Assembly: GCA_964016885.1 (NCBI GenBank)
Contig: OZ024740.1
Span: 170,376,001-170,440,000 of the forward strand
Length of the DNA: 64,000 nt
DNA from: Eledone cirrhosa
Taxonomy: Eukaryota
Direction of reading: 5' to 3'
Part shown: piece after piece, positions 1 to 11,594 of the stretch
Numbering within the stretch: the first letter of the stretch is position 1
Layout of the letters: every line of letters begins with the position of its first letter
Translations under genes and position numbers: made by a program
Notes under the pieces: generated by a model
The model's input: only the letters and a program-made list of their open reading frames with translations
Databases searched by the model: none
Told to the model about the DNA's origin: nothing

Positions 1-32
1 TATATATATATATATATATATTCATATATATA

Positions 33-128
<96 letters not shown>

Positions 129-153
129 TGAGTGTGTGTGTGTGTGTGTGTGA

Positions 154-193
<40 letters not shown>

Positions 194-338
194 ATATGTA
201 GCCACATTACTGTCGGCGTTCGTGCACACAAAGATAAGCTCTCAGCAAAACAGCTTCTTTTATTCTTTCCCTCCACTCTCCCCCACATACACACACAGAC
301 ACACAGACATACAAATATACACACACACAGACACAGAT

Positions 339-415
<77 letters not shown>

Positions 416-447
416 CATGTATGTATATATACTCTTGTGTGTGTATA
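1..447. repeat. Compound (TA)n/(TG)n/(CA)n microsatellites
   Basis: Directly visible dinucleotide runs; the ORFs here are YI/HT/VC artefacts. Confidence 0.95.
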
Positions 448-939
448 CATAACACTGATTTTGTGCCTGCTATTGTGCTTGTAGCATCACAGCATCTATG
501 TATATAGAAATAAAAATGCTGCGAGTGTGGAATAAGCATACATTGTATAATACGTACGGTGTTTTCGTCAGTCAGCTGATATACTGCAATAATTTCCACT
601 CTAATTTACATATGCCAGCAACAAACCTAAACAGACCGTATCTCGTAATGTATGTTTTATAACGTGTACTTGTCAGTATGTGTGAACGTGTGTGTCTGTG
701 TGTGTGTGAGTGCGTATGCGCGCGCGTGTTTGACTTTCTGTATATGAGCGTGTGTATGTCATGTCCATGTGTTTGGGCGTATGCGTAAAAAATCCGAAAT
801 ACAAATACGTTATCAAATTATATACAAACGCGCAGCTTACGCATACTTACGTGCACACGGACACATACGCACACATATATGTATATATATCTACCCGTGA
901 GTTTACACACACACACATTATATTTATATATATATATAT

Positions 940-2118
940 ATTTGAAAAGGGAGTAAGGTTCTATACAAAACAGAGGTTATATATAAAAAATAGAATTAGA
1001 AACACCACGGAAATATATTTAAAGAATCTGTTTTTCTTCTTTTCTTCTTTCATCCGTCAAAGTGACATTATTTAAAAAATGATAAAATAAAGTACCAGTA
1101 ATACACAGTGTAATTGCTGGCCTTCTGCCAAAAGTAGAAACAATTATTTTAAAAATGAGATGTGCAATTTGTTTTAATAAAAGGAGTTTTATAATGTATA
1201 TAAAATATATAAAATATCACTGGTTTCGATGTATCGATATAATCCATCTTATCAAATGTGGAGTATTGCAATTTAAAAAAATTAAAAAAGAATTGTAAAT
1301 GTAAAATTCAAAGTTAACTATTGGAAATTTTCTTCAATTTTACACCCAATCTTCTCAACAAGAAAGATTAACAGACCTTCTTCAACACTTAATTTTTAAT
1401 TCTTTTTAATTGTAATATTCAACATTTAATAAAATGTCACTTTGACGGATCAAAGGAGAAAAAAAGAAAAACAGATTCTTTAAATATACTAGCAGAAAAC
1501 CACCCTCGAGTGGTTTTCTGCTAGCATGTGTAGTGTGTATATTGATATTATACACAAATATATATGCATGTAGATATGATACATAAAATAACATCGCAAT
1601 TGACAATATACACAGAAATTGAACGGAGACTACGTTACACTGTCTTATGTAATCAGTAACGTAATCCATGATACATTAAAAAAAGACGATATTATATATA
1701 AACTGCATTAGGAGAAAATTAGTGACGGAAATATATGCGATATTTTTATAAGTGTTATAATATAACGGCCGCTAACCGGAAGTGTTGACATTTGAAAATG
1801 TTAAAGAAGTGAATCTTTAAATAAGCTATAAAATATATTTAATCAACAGCCACGAAATTTAGCACATAAATTATGTAATATTCATCATTATTTATTCAAA
1901 TTAATCCAGCTCATTTTACAAACGGGTTAAAAAAATATATTCTGGACGCAGTCTCGCACTACTTACTTTATTATAGTTTAGATTATAAAACTCCTTTTTT
2001 TTTTTAAACTGTTCCTCTCATTTTTACAATAATGTCACTTTGACGAATCAAAGGAGAAAAAAAAGAAAAACAGATTCTTTAAATATATTTTCCGTGGTGT
2101 TTCTAATTCTACTTTTTC

Positions 2119-2163
<45 letters not shown>

Positions 2164-2350
2164 CTTGCAAGATTTCTTATCAGAAATTCTACTTTCCTAA
2201 ATAACCTCTGTTTGTATCGAACCTTACTCCCTTTTAAACAAAGGAATTTATATATATATAGAGAAAAAATAGAATTAGAAACACTACGGAAAATATATTT
2301 AAAGAATCTGTTTTTCTTTTGTCTTCTTTAATTCGTCAAAGTGACATTAA
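940..2350. mobile_element. Nest of inverted fragments of one TA-associated repeat family, probably Penelope-like pLTR remnants
   Basis: Block 'tagaattagaaacaccacggaaatatatttaaagaatctgtttttc...gtcaaagtgacatt' on + at ~990-1070 and ~2270-2349 and on - at ~1433-1490 and ~2030-2115; degenerate hammerhead-like core on - at 1214-1258. Confidence 0.5.
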
Positions 2351-2470
2351 GGCTGAGTGGCAAGAGAATAGGATTCACAATCGTGAGGTTGTGAGGTCGA
2401 TTCTTGGACCGAGCGATGCGTTATGTCCTTGACCAAGACACTTTATTTCACGTTGCTCCTTCTACCTGGA
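2351..2470 (+). mobile_element. Old tRNA-derived SINE (CORE-like)
   Basis: A-box-like GGCTGAGTGG, B-box-like GGTCGATTC, then 'tgtccttgaccaagacacttt' resembling the CORE domain. Confidence 0.5.
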
Positions 2471-2584
2471 GTTGCTACCGATAGATAGTATTAGCAATTG
2501 GAAAGACCAACAGAAACATTGTTTCCACGGCCCGATTTGACGAAATTTGTAGATATATAGATATATATATACATATATTCATAC

Positions 2585-2663
<79 letters not shown>

Positions 2664-2678
2664 GATATATATACACAT

Positions 2679-2711
<33 letters not shown>

Positions 2712-2990
2712 CATATACATATATATTTATGTGTGTATGTATGCATGTATGTAATTACGCGACTTAGAGAAAGGCTCGTAGAATATACAGAACTGCAGTT
2801 GTCGACCATAGACGCTGCCTTAGGACCATATTTGGAGCCCTTCCTGTAATTAGCCATTTGTCCACGATGAGACAAGTGAGGGTATCTCTCGAATTGAAGA
2901 CAGATACTTCACACTCCTCCCTGTGCACCCCTCTTTTCCTCTCTTTCACCATATTTCCCCCTGCTTTCTTTTCCCAGCTAGCACTGGTTA

Positions 2991-4765
2991 CACCGTGTAA
3001 CAAGAAAACATTTTTTTCTCTGTTCCTGGCTTGTAATCACTGTTTTGTGTTGCTTAGGTCCCAAATAAATTTTTAAAAAAAGTGTTATTAAACAGTTAAA
3101 AGTTTGGGTTTGTAAAAATTCTAAGCTATTCACTAGAATTATTTGTATGCTGGATTTTACGTTGTATGTAAGTTTAATTTGCTTATGTTAAATGATTTTT
3201 TTATATATGTTTCAGGTTAAATTAAAATTATAAAATAAAGAGTAATACCTAAAGAAAATTATAAAAGTACAATAAAGTATAAAATTGATAAAAAGTGGAT
3301 TAAAGTGATTTATTGATAATGGGGTACCAGAAAGAGTTCCTCACTTCTCAAACCCAAAAGAAGTCAATGACTTGGTCAGGGATATGGGTGTGACCAAGTC
3401 CAATGCAGAGCTATTCGTCTCCAGAATGAGGCAGTGGAACTTGGTCAAGGAGGAAGTGCAGGTGACAAGTCAGAGAATTCGACACGAACCTTTCTCAGGC
3501 TTTTATACTCTTAGGGATGGCCTCTGCTTCTGCCATGACGTACCTGGACTATTGGGGTGCCGTTTGTGCCCAAGGAGTGGCTGTTATTTATAGACAGCTC
3601 CACCACAAGTTTGAAGGCTGTCCTCTTCCACGGTGGAAACAAGCTCCCGACACTGCCCCTAGCTCATTCAGTCTTCCTGAAGGAAGATTACTACAGTGTG
3701 AAAGTCCTCTTGGAAGCTTTGCAATACAACCAGTACAATTGGGAAATCATTGGAGACTTCAAGATGGTGGCTTTCCTGCTTGGACTCCAAAGAGGCTTTA
3801 TCAAATTCCAATGCTTCCTCTGCCTTTGTGACAGCAGAGCCACCTCTGACCACTACAAAAGAAAGAACTTGGAGCAGCGAACAGAATTTGTAGTTGGGAC
3901 CCGGAAAGTCACGTGGGAGCCACTAGTTGATCCCAGGATTGTGCTCATGCCGCCACTGCACATTAAGTTGGGATTGATGAAGCAGTTTGTGAAGGCTCTC
4001 AACCAAGAATCAGCCGCTTTTTGAGTTCTTCCCCAAGTTATCTGGGGCCAAAATCAAAGGTGAAATTTTTGTTGGACCTCAGATAAAGAAGGTGATTGAA
4101 TCTACCGAGTTCTCCAATAAGCTCAATAGGATTGAGAGAACAGCGTGGAACTGTTTCAAGGCAGTTGTTAAGGGCTTCCTGTGCAACTTCAGAACTGAAA
4201 ACTAAAAGCAACTGGTGCAGGATCTGATAAAGGCTTTTGGCGCCATGGGATGCATGATGTCGCTTAAACTCCATATGCTGGACGCTCACCTGGAAAAATT
4301 CAAGGACAATATGGGCGCCTACTCAGAAGAACAAGGTGAACGATACCACCAAGATGTGAAAGAGATAGAGCGGAGGTACCAGGGCCACTACAATGAAAAA
4401 ATGATGGAGGACTATATCTGGGGGCTATTGCGGGAATGTGACCTGGACTACAACCGCAAATCCATGAAATCCAGTCATTTCTGACGTGTATAAGTTGCTT
4501 TATAAGTGTTATTTGTTTTTACTCGTTTGCTTTTGATAAGTTTGTGTAATAAAATAAATATATACTCTGTTGATTTAATTATATGAACAGATAAATTTTT
4601 TTTAAATGTGTTTTTTCTTGAAAAATATGAAAATTTCGAAATATCAAACTCCTCACCACAAACCCAAACTTCTGATTAAATAATAGTGTTTTTTTATAAT
4701 AAGGGGATATACCAAACCAGGAAATAAAACTTAGAACCAGGGACCAGAAAATATGTTACACGGTG
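2991..4765 (+). mobile_element. Chapaev3 (CMC superfamily) DNA transposon, decayed
   Basis: 12-bp TIR CACCGTGTAACA (2991-3002) / TGTTACACGGTG (4754-4765); TTA TSD at 2988-2990 and 4766-4768; CAC..GTG termini with a 3-bp TWA TSD are characteristic of Chapaev3. Confidence 0.85.
3372..4484 (+). pseudogene. Chapaev3 DDE transposase, frameshifted with stops
   Basis: ORF pieces 3372-3593, 3557-4024, 4215-4484 with LFIDSS (D1), GDFK (D2), CFLC, PPLHIKLG (LH), HMLDAH (H4H) and EQGERYHQ (E). Confidence 0.85.
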
Positions 4766-4779
4766 TTATTTTCTTTACT

Positions 4780-5720
4780 CAACCTTCACTCCTTGTCCTC
4801 CTTGCTCTCGCTTTATTCCTTGCTCTCTTTGCTCTCCCTTCATTCCTTGCTCTCTTTGCTCTCCTTGCTCTCCTTCTTCTCCATGCTCTCCTTGCTCTCC
4901 ATTCATTCCTTGTTCTCCTCGCTTTCCTTGCTCTCCTTGTTCTTGCTCTCCTTGCTCTCCGTTCACTCTTTGCTATCCCTTCATTCCTTGCTCTCCCTGC
5001 TCTCCCTTCACCCCTTACTCTCCTTGCTCTCCTTGCCCTCCCTTCATTCCTTTCTCTCATCGCTCTCCTTGCTCTCCTTGCTCTCCTTGCCCTCCCTTCA
5101 TTCCTTTCTCTCATCGCTCTCCTTGCTCTCCTTGTTCTTCTTGCTCTCCTTACTCTCCTTGCTCTCCCTTCATTGATTGCTCTCCTTGCTCTACCTTCAT
5201 TCCTTGCTCTCCTTGCTCTCCCGTCATTCATTGATCTCATTGCTCTCCCTTCACTCCTTACTCTCGTTGCTCTCCTTGCTCTTCCTTCATTCCTTGCTCT
5301 CCTTGATCTCCCTTCATTAATTGCTCTCCTTGCTCTCCCATCACTCCTTACTCTCGTTGCTCTCATTGCTCTCCCTTCATTCCTTGCTCTCCTTTCTCTC
5401 CTTGCTCTCCTTGCTCTCCTTGCTCTCCTTGCACTCCATTCCTTTCTCTCCTCGCTCTCCTTACTCTCGTTGCTCTTCTTGCTCTTCCTTCATTCCTTGC
5501 TCTCCTTGCTCTCCCGTCATTCATTGCTCTCCTTGTTCTCCCTTCACTCCTTGCTCTCCTTGCTCTCCCTACATTCCTTGCTCTCCTTGCTCCTCCTTCA
5601 TTCATTGCTCTCCTTGCTCTCCCTCCACTCCTTACTCTCATTGCTCTCTTTGCTCTCCCTTCATTCCCTGTCCTCCTTGCTCTCCTTGCTCTCCTTCCAT
5701 TCCTTGTTCTCCTTGCTCTT
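4780..5720. repeat. Minisatellite built from 9-nt units (CTCCTTGCT / CCTTCATTC variants)
   Basis: Visible 9-nt periodicity over ~940 bp. Confidence 0.9.
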
Positions 5721-5759
5721 AATTTGGGTTTATGTTTGGTTTAAGTTTTGTGTTTCGTG

Positions 5760-7050
5760 TGGGTGAGTGTGTTTTGTTTTCTGGCAGGGACTTTTGTCTT
5801 ATTTGTTTAGTTTTTAAGGGGTTGCGTTTCTTCTTCTCCTTCACTGGGGGAAGAGGTGTTGCACGTGTCTGATAATGATGGTGTTACATGTTTGTGGCAT
5901 TGTGTGTGTATGTGTCTAAAGCAAGTGGAGAAAGAGGGATGAGAGGGAAAGTTTGAGCTTCCTTGACATGGGTAGTTATGCTGGAGTCTGTTGTTATTGG
6001 TGATAGAGCTGGTGGTTCAATTGCTGCTGGTGATGATGTTGTTTGTCTAAGTGCTGGCGTAGCTGCTGCTGCAGCTACTGATGCTGCTCCTTGATGTTGT
6101 TGCTATTGTCGTGGCTGTTGAGGTCCTGGTGTAGGTAACAAAGCGACCCTGCCTATTATTAAACGCCAAAAGCTCTTAAGTGTTCAGTTTTTCCATAAAA
6201 ACGACAACGGGGTCTTTGCCTTCGGTGATACTTAGGTCCACGCAACCTAGAAGGCAAATTAGGCCTAGGTATGTTTTCATCCTTATCTGGTTTGATCTGG
6301 AGAGGTATCTCTGGATTGATCCCAGACAAGTTCTCCCTCTGGTTCCTCTTTACATCCAGGAGCATTTCTATTCCTTATAGCAGTATGCATGCTAGGACCC
6401 ACAAAATATTTATATCTGGTAGGGATCCTACCAGCAATGTGAATCTTGAGTGGCCTTTTTCCCATGTGAGAGGGAAACAACATAAATTGGTCCGTTTTGC
6501 GGGAGATCAGAGAGTATTTTTTGCAAGGGCTTCACTATTGGAGAGCAGTGAGATGCTCCAAAACAGCCTGGTCCTTGCTGCATGTTGGATAGCTCGCATC
6601 AATCCTTTCAGAGCTGCCCCCACATGGAATGCTTCGATCAGGTCCGGCTTTTGGGAGAGGTTCTCTCTCTGTTGCTACCAACAACTCAGGTGCAACACAT
6701 ATGTTGACCAAGTTTGTCAACTTTTACAAGTTTGGCTGCTTGAGCCAAACATTCCCCCTTCTTGTGTTGTCCATTTGGAAGTTTAGCATTAGCAGTTGAG
6801 TTCTTGTCACGTGAAAGCTAGCTTGAAGAGGAGGCGCGTATCACCTCCATTTCTTAAATTATTACTGGAGTGAAAATGAAAATAAAGGCCCAAATGTTAT
6901 GTTTTTCCTTTTCAGTAGACTATGTAAGCTGTCATATTAACTGTTTGTAACAACATATTTACACAAATAAAATTTTAAATAACTTTAAACAAACAAAACG
7001 TACGGAGCGATGTGTACACACGTCCCGACCGAGTGACACAAATGATGACC
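5760..7050 (-). mobile_element. Decayed 5' part (5'UTR + ORF1) of an L1/Tx1-like LINE, third ORF1 type (Tx1-E)
   Basis: MLFPSHMGKRPLKIHI and RQRPRCRFYGKTEHLRAF match VLVPSYCGQKIVRVKL and GKRPKCFRCGSKTHLRAFC of ORF1 at 25362; begins next to a (TTG)n tract; leader motif TCGCTCCGTACGTTTTG at 6994-7010 (-). Confidence 0.7.
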
Positions 7051-7052
7051 AC

Positions 7053-7083
<31 letters not shown>

Positions 7084-7097
7084 GTGTGTGTATGTGG

Positions 7098-7172
<75 letters not shown>

Positions 7173-7286
7173 GTCCTTTGATCCTGTAAGTGAACAGGTG
7201 AAATTACAGAGTAACAAGACGGATAACTAATAATAAAGAATATTATATATATATAGTTATGTAATAAACAACATAAGATACTTATT

Positions 7287-7347
7287 TCATTTACCAGTGG
7301 TTTCTTGAAGAACAGATATTTATGTCTGTCTTCATTCATCAGAATAG
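7287..7347 (-). ncRNA. Type I hammerhead ribozyme (Penelope pLTR type), inverted partner of 7363-7424
   Basis: Reverse complement reads CTGATGA-atgaagacaga..tctgttcttcaa-GAAA-ccactg-GTA-aatg; stem I only ~4 bp. Confidence 0.6.
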
Positions 7348-7362
7348 ATATATTAGATATTA

Positions 7363-7424
7363 TTCTTTCTGATGAATGAAGACAGACATAAATATCTGTC
7401 TTCAAGAAACCACTGGTAAATGAA
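7363..7424 (+). ncRNA. Type I hammerhead ribozyme (Penelope pLTR type)
   Basis: CTGATGA 7369-7375; stem II tgaagacaga/tctgtcttca; GAAA 7406-7409; short stem III ACC-act-GGT; cleavage triplet GTA; imperfect stem I ttcttt/aatgaa. Confidence 0.65.
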
Positions 7425-7581
7425 ATAATTATCTTATGTTGTATATTACATAACTAAAAAGCTCTGTAGCCTACATAGAGTACTCTCTTTTCCTTTACCT
7501 CTCCTACGGAAATACTTCACACATATATATATATATATACGATATATTAACAAATGGAAACTATATTTATAAAACCATATT

Positions 7582-7646
7582 TATTTCATTATACATATTT
7601 CAAGGACACCAAGTTAAATTATGGTGTGCTTTCATCAGATAAAATA
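7582..7646 (-). ncRNA. Type I minimal hammerhead ribozyme, inverted copy of 7727-7791
   Basis: Reverse complement of the 7727-7791 motif. Confidence 0.75.
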
Positions 7647-7726
7647 TAATATAGAGCAGTTTTATAAATAATATTGACATACCCTTAAAGAATGCGACCA
7701 TTTCTGTTGGAAGCTCTTGGATATTA

Positions 7727-7791
7727 TATTTTATCTGATGAAAGCACACCATAATTTAACTTGGTGTCCTTGAAATATGTATAATGAAATA
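7727..7791 (+). ncRNA. Type I minimal hammerhead ribozyme
   Basis: Stem I tattttat/atgaaata (8 bp incl. one G-U); CTGATGA 7735-7741; stem II aagcacacca/tggtgtcctt (9/10); GAAA 7772-7775; minimal stem III TATGTA; triplet ATA. Confidence 0.8.
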
Positions 7792-7935
7792 AATATGGTT
7801 TTATAAATATAGTTTCCATTTGTTAATATATCGTATTTTTACTCCAATAATTTGTTGGGTGCTTTATATCAGTTATAAAAATATTTGCTTGTATCCCAAC
7901 AATTTAAATAGAACTTCTACATATATATATATATA

Positions 7936-7977
<42 letters not shown>

Positions 7978-8427
7978 TATATATATATATATATATATAT
8001 ATGTCTATATATATTTGTAAGCATGCAAAAAGTGACAGAAGTAACAAACCAAACGGCACAGGACAATGAAGTAATATATTCGTTTTATGTATGTAACCAT
8101 ATATATTCAAAATTACTTTTACCCCTACAAAACTTAATATGCATGTATGTGAGAGCGTGTATATGTACACATGTTTGTATGTGTGTGTGTTTGTATGTGT
8201 GTATGTTGCGTGCGTTATGGTCTCTATAAATAACATATTTATTATATTTATTTATGATATATATTACTTTCGGCTGTCGATCTGTCCTTCCTTCCATCTC
8301 AAGACTTTAGCGATATCGGTTCTTGACGCGTTCATTTTCCTCCTGTCGCAAAGCGCCATCACGTGAGCTGGCTCTGTGTTGCTTTGTCGTCCGCTACAAC
8401 ACACCCTCATACACACACACACGCACG

Positions 8428-8503
<76 letters not shown>

Positions 8504-8745
8504 CACACACATGCACACGTACTCGCATTTGGGTGTATGTATACATTTATACCTGTTAGTGTTGGTGTGTGAGTGGATGTGTTTGCATCTTTTTAGAAGT
8601 GTGTATCGATATGGCTGACTATTAATTATTTGTGAAATTCCCAGTTTACATTACAATGCATAACGTGCCGGTACAAAACGCCCACACATGCATACAACAT
8701 AACATATGTAAGGTTATGCTTTGCATTACGTATGTTAAGTAGAGC

Positions 8746-8776
<31 letters not shown>

Positions 8777-8978
8777 AACACACACACACTCATACGCACG
8801 CATACACACACACATGCACACACACACACACTCACACACACACACACACACGTGTGTGTGTGTGTGAGTGAGTGCATGACTCTCCCAGAATATAACAATA
8901 ACTATTTCATCACACACTTAGGCAGAAGCAAAACGATGTGCACTCACGCCCACACACACACACATACACACACACATA

Positions 8979-9073
<95 letters not shown>

Positions 9074-9192
9074 ATATTTGTCCTACGGTTCTTATATATT
9101 TGATATATATTTATCCTTATCGAGCCCTCTTTGGATTTTAGTCTTCAAATTTATTATTATTACTATATATATATATATATATACATAACATA

Positions 9193-9281
<89 letters not shown>

Positions 9282-9327
9282 TATACATAAATTTATATAT
9301 ATATACATAATATATATATTATATATT

Positions 9328-9381
<54 letters not shown>

Positions 9382-9413
9382 TATATTTATATATATATAC
9401 ATAATATATATAT

Positions 9414-9481
<68 letters not shown>

Positions 9482-9483
<2 letters not shown>

Positions 9484-9796
9484 TCTCCACTCACGCTATG
9501 CTAAACCCATGGCCTCCAAATACCTGATACTCAAAAACTCAGCAATGTCCAGTAACAATAAGAATAAGTTTAATATTCTGATCGCAGACTTGGTACGAGT
9601 GATGAAGAACGTGTCCCGCATGTGCGACCCAACAGAAATGGAAAGACACATCCAACACTTCATCAACCGCATGAGGTTCTCTGGCTACAACCAAAGAGAC
9701 AGAATCAGGGTATACAAAGGAGCCACGGAGAAGTATATGACCCTCATAGAACTGGACATGAAAGGAATTTGCACAGTGTATACAGACGTACAGTAG
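9482..9796 (+). pseudogene. Penelope-like RT thumb fragment (Naiad/Neptune-like)
   Basis: YAKPMASKYLILKNSAM..K..IL..DLVR.M.N.S....F..RM..SGY pattern of the PLE RT C-terminus; abuts (TA)n. Confidence 0.65.
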
Positions 9797-10370
9797 TATG
9801 TATATATATATATACATACATGCACACATATATATATGTACGTATGGATTCACCGATATTATTATGCTCGGTGTGTTTGTAAACAAACATCCCGAATTAA
9901 GCAGTACAGTGTCTAGCAACCATCGTTGCTCATTTGTTCAACACTGACAAAGGAACGCTGTACTAGTTTCAAGCTTATTAGCTATCGTCAGCAACGTATA
10001 CCTTCCTGCCAGTTGGTTGAACGTCTGAAAGTATAAACTTTCCTTATGGATATTAACGGCTGAGCAGCCTAATTTGCATATCGAGTGAGTTAATCGGCCG
10101 GGGTACCGAAAACGATAAACGGAAAAATGAAACGAAATTTCATTTCTCACTCTTAGTACGGCTGTTACTTAAATATAAGTATGTATACGTACATACGTAT
10201 ATGTATACAGACGTACAGTAGTATGTATATATATATATACATACATGCACACATATATATATATGTACGTATGGATTCACCGAACATTTATTATAACGCT
10301 CGGTGTGTTTGTAAACAAACATCCCGAATTAAGCCGTACAGTGTCTAGTAACCATCGTTGCTCATTTGCT
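9777..10370 (+). repeat. ~165-bp direct duplication (~9777-9937 and ~10203-10368)
   Basis: 'tgtatacagacgtacagtag...aacatcccgaattaagc..accatcgttgctcatttg' occurs twice. Confidence 0.85.
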
Positions 10371-11552
10371 CGAGTTTGATAAAATAAGTCGCCTTGCAGT
10401 ACTGGGTCGATTGTTTTCAATATTACTGTCCCACTTTATTTCTATCACTTACTTTCTCCGGAAGATTCGGCTGTGTTTCCACCCGGAGAAGTGATGCGCT
10501 TAGCCAAGTACTCAATATATATATATATACTTCGAAAATATACTATCAGAGCTTTGAAATATCCAAATGCAGAAAATAACTGTAACCACAATTTACTGTT
10601 AGAAAATCGGTCAAAATCAACTATTAACGGGGGGAAATGGCCAACAGACGCTAGGAAGAAATAATATTGGCAGTGGTTCCGCCGTTGCCCAGTTCCCAAA
10701 GATACGTTATCTAACCTAAAGGACTAAATTTAAAGATAATTCTTCGTTGCATGCATATTGATTAATAACCAAATATGTATATACATACATGCCTGCTTGT
10801 ATGTATATACATATTTGGACATACATATATATAGTTTGATCATATTAAGGATTTTTAGGCTGCCTAGACCCTGGCTTTGTCAAATATATCTAACTTATTA
10901 TCAGCACCTGGTAAATTCCTTAGTGTCATATTTTGGGCGCCACATTTCACTCGGATTGGAAGTTGTAGTTGAACAAAACGTATCAGAGTGCCAGTTGTTT
11001 TTCTGGTATCTCTCGAAGGAATTTATCCGCGTATCGTTTGAAGATTGCGTACAACCATCATTGGATATTTCGACATAGTAAGAGCTTAGCCAATTGAGAC
11101 GCAATAATTGTAACGTAAAATCGTTATGTGATATGTATACGATTGTTCCCATAGGCCAATCCCTGTGTGTTTTTAAAAAAACATGCTAACATCATTTTTG
11201 CAATATAGCTTAAAACTTTTCCACGTCGTACAAGTGATATCACACACATAATAACATTGGTGAGAAAAGAATTTCAGCTTTTGCGCCGAACCCGTAATGA
11301 AGGAATTTTGTAGCTTTTATATTGTTTCATAATCGACTCCATAGTCTGGTATAGTGAGAGCGGGCAACAGTTTTCGAGGTGAGAATGTAAATAATCTAGC
11401 TCTTTAGATCGAAGTGAGTATTAGAAATATGTGCTGCAAGCTAAAAAGAAAACTTGGTTCGTTGGTTGAGTTGTCATGCTGCTACAGAAGGAAAATGATA
11501 ATGATGAATGACTTTGTTGCCTGAGATGGCTTACATGATGATAATGATGATA

Positions 11553-11594
<42 letters not shown>

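Noticed and set aside
34-599. ORFs rich in YI/HT/VC here and throughout (8-9 kb, 13.9 kb, 23 kb, 53-58 kb)
   Set aside because: Translations of dinucleotide microsatellites
4753-5766. 337-aa Leu/Ala-rich membrane-like ORF
   Set aside because: Stop-free reading of a 9-nt minisatellite that starts inside a transposon TIR
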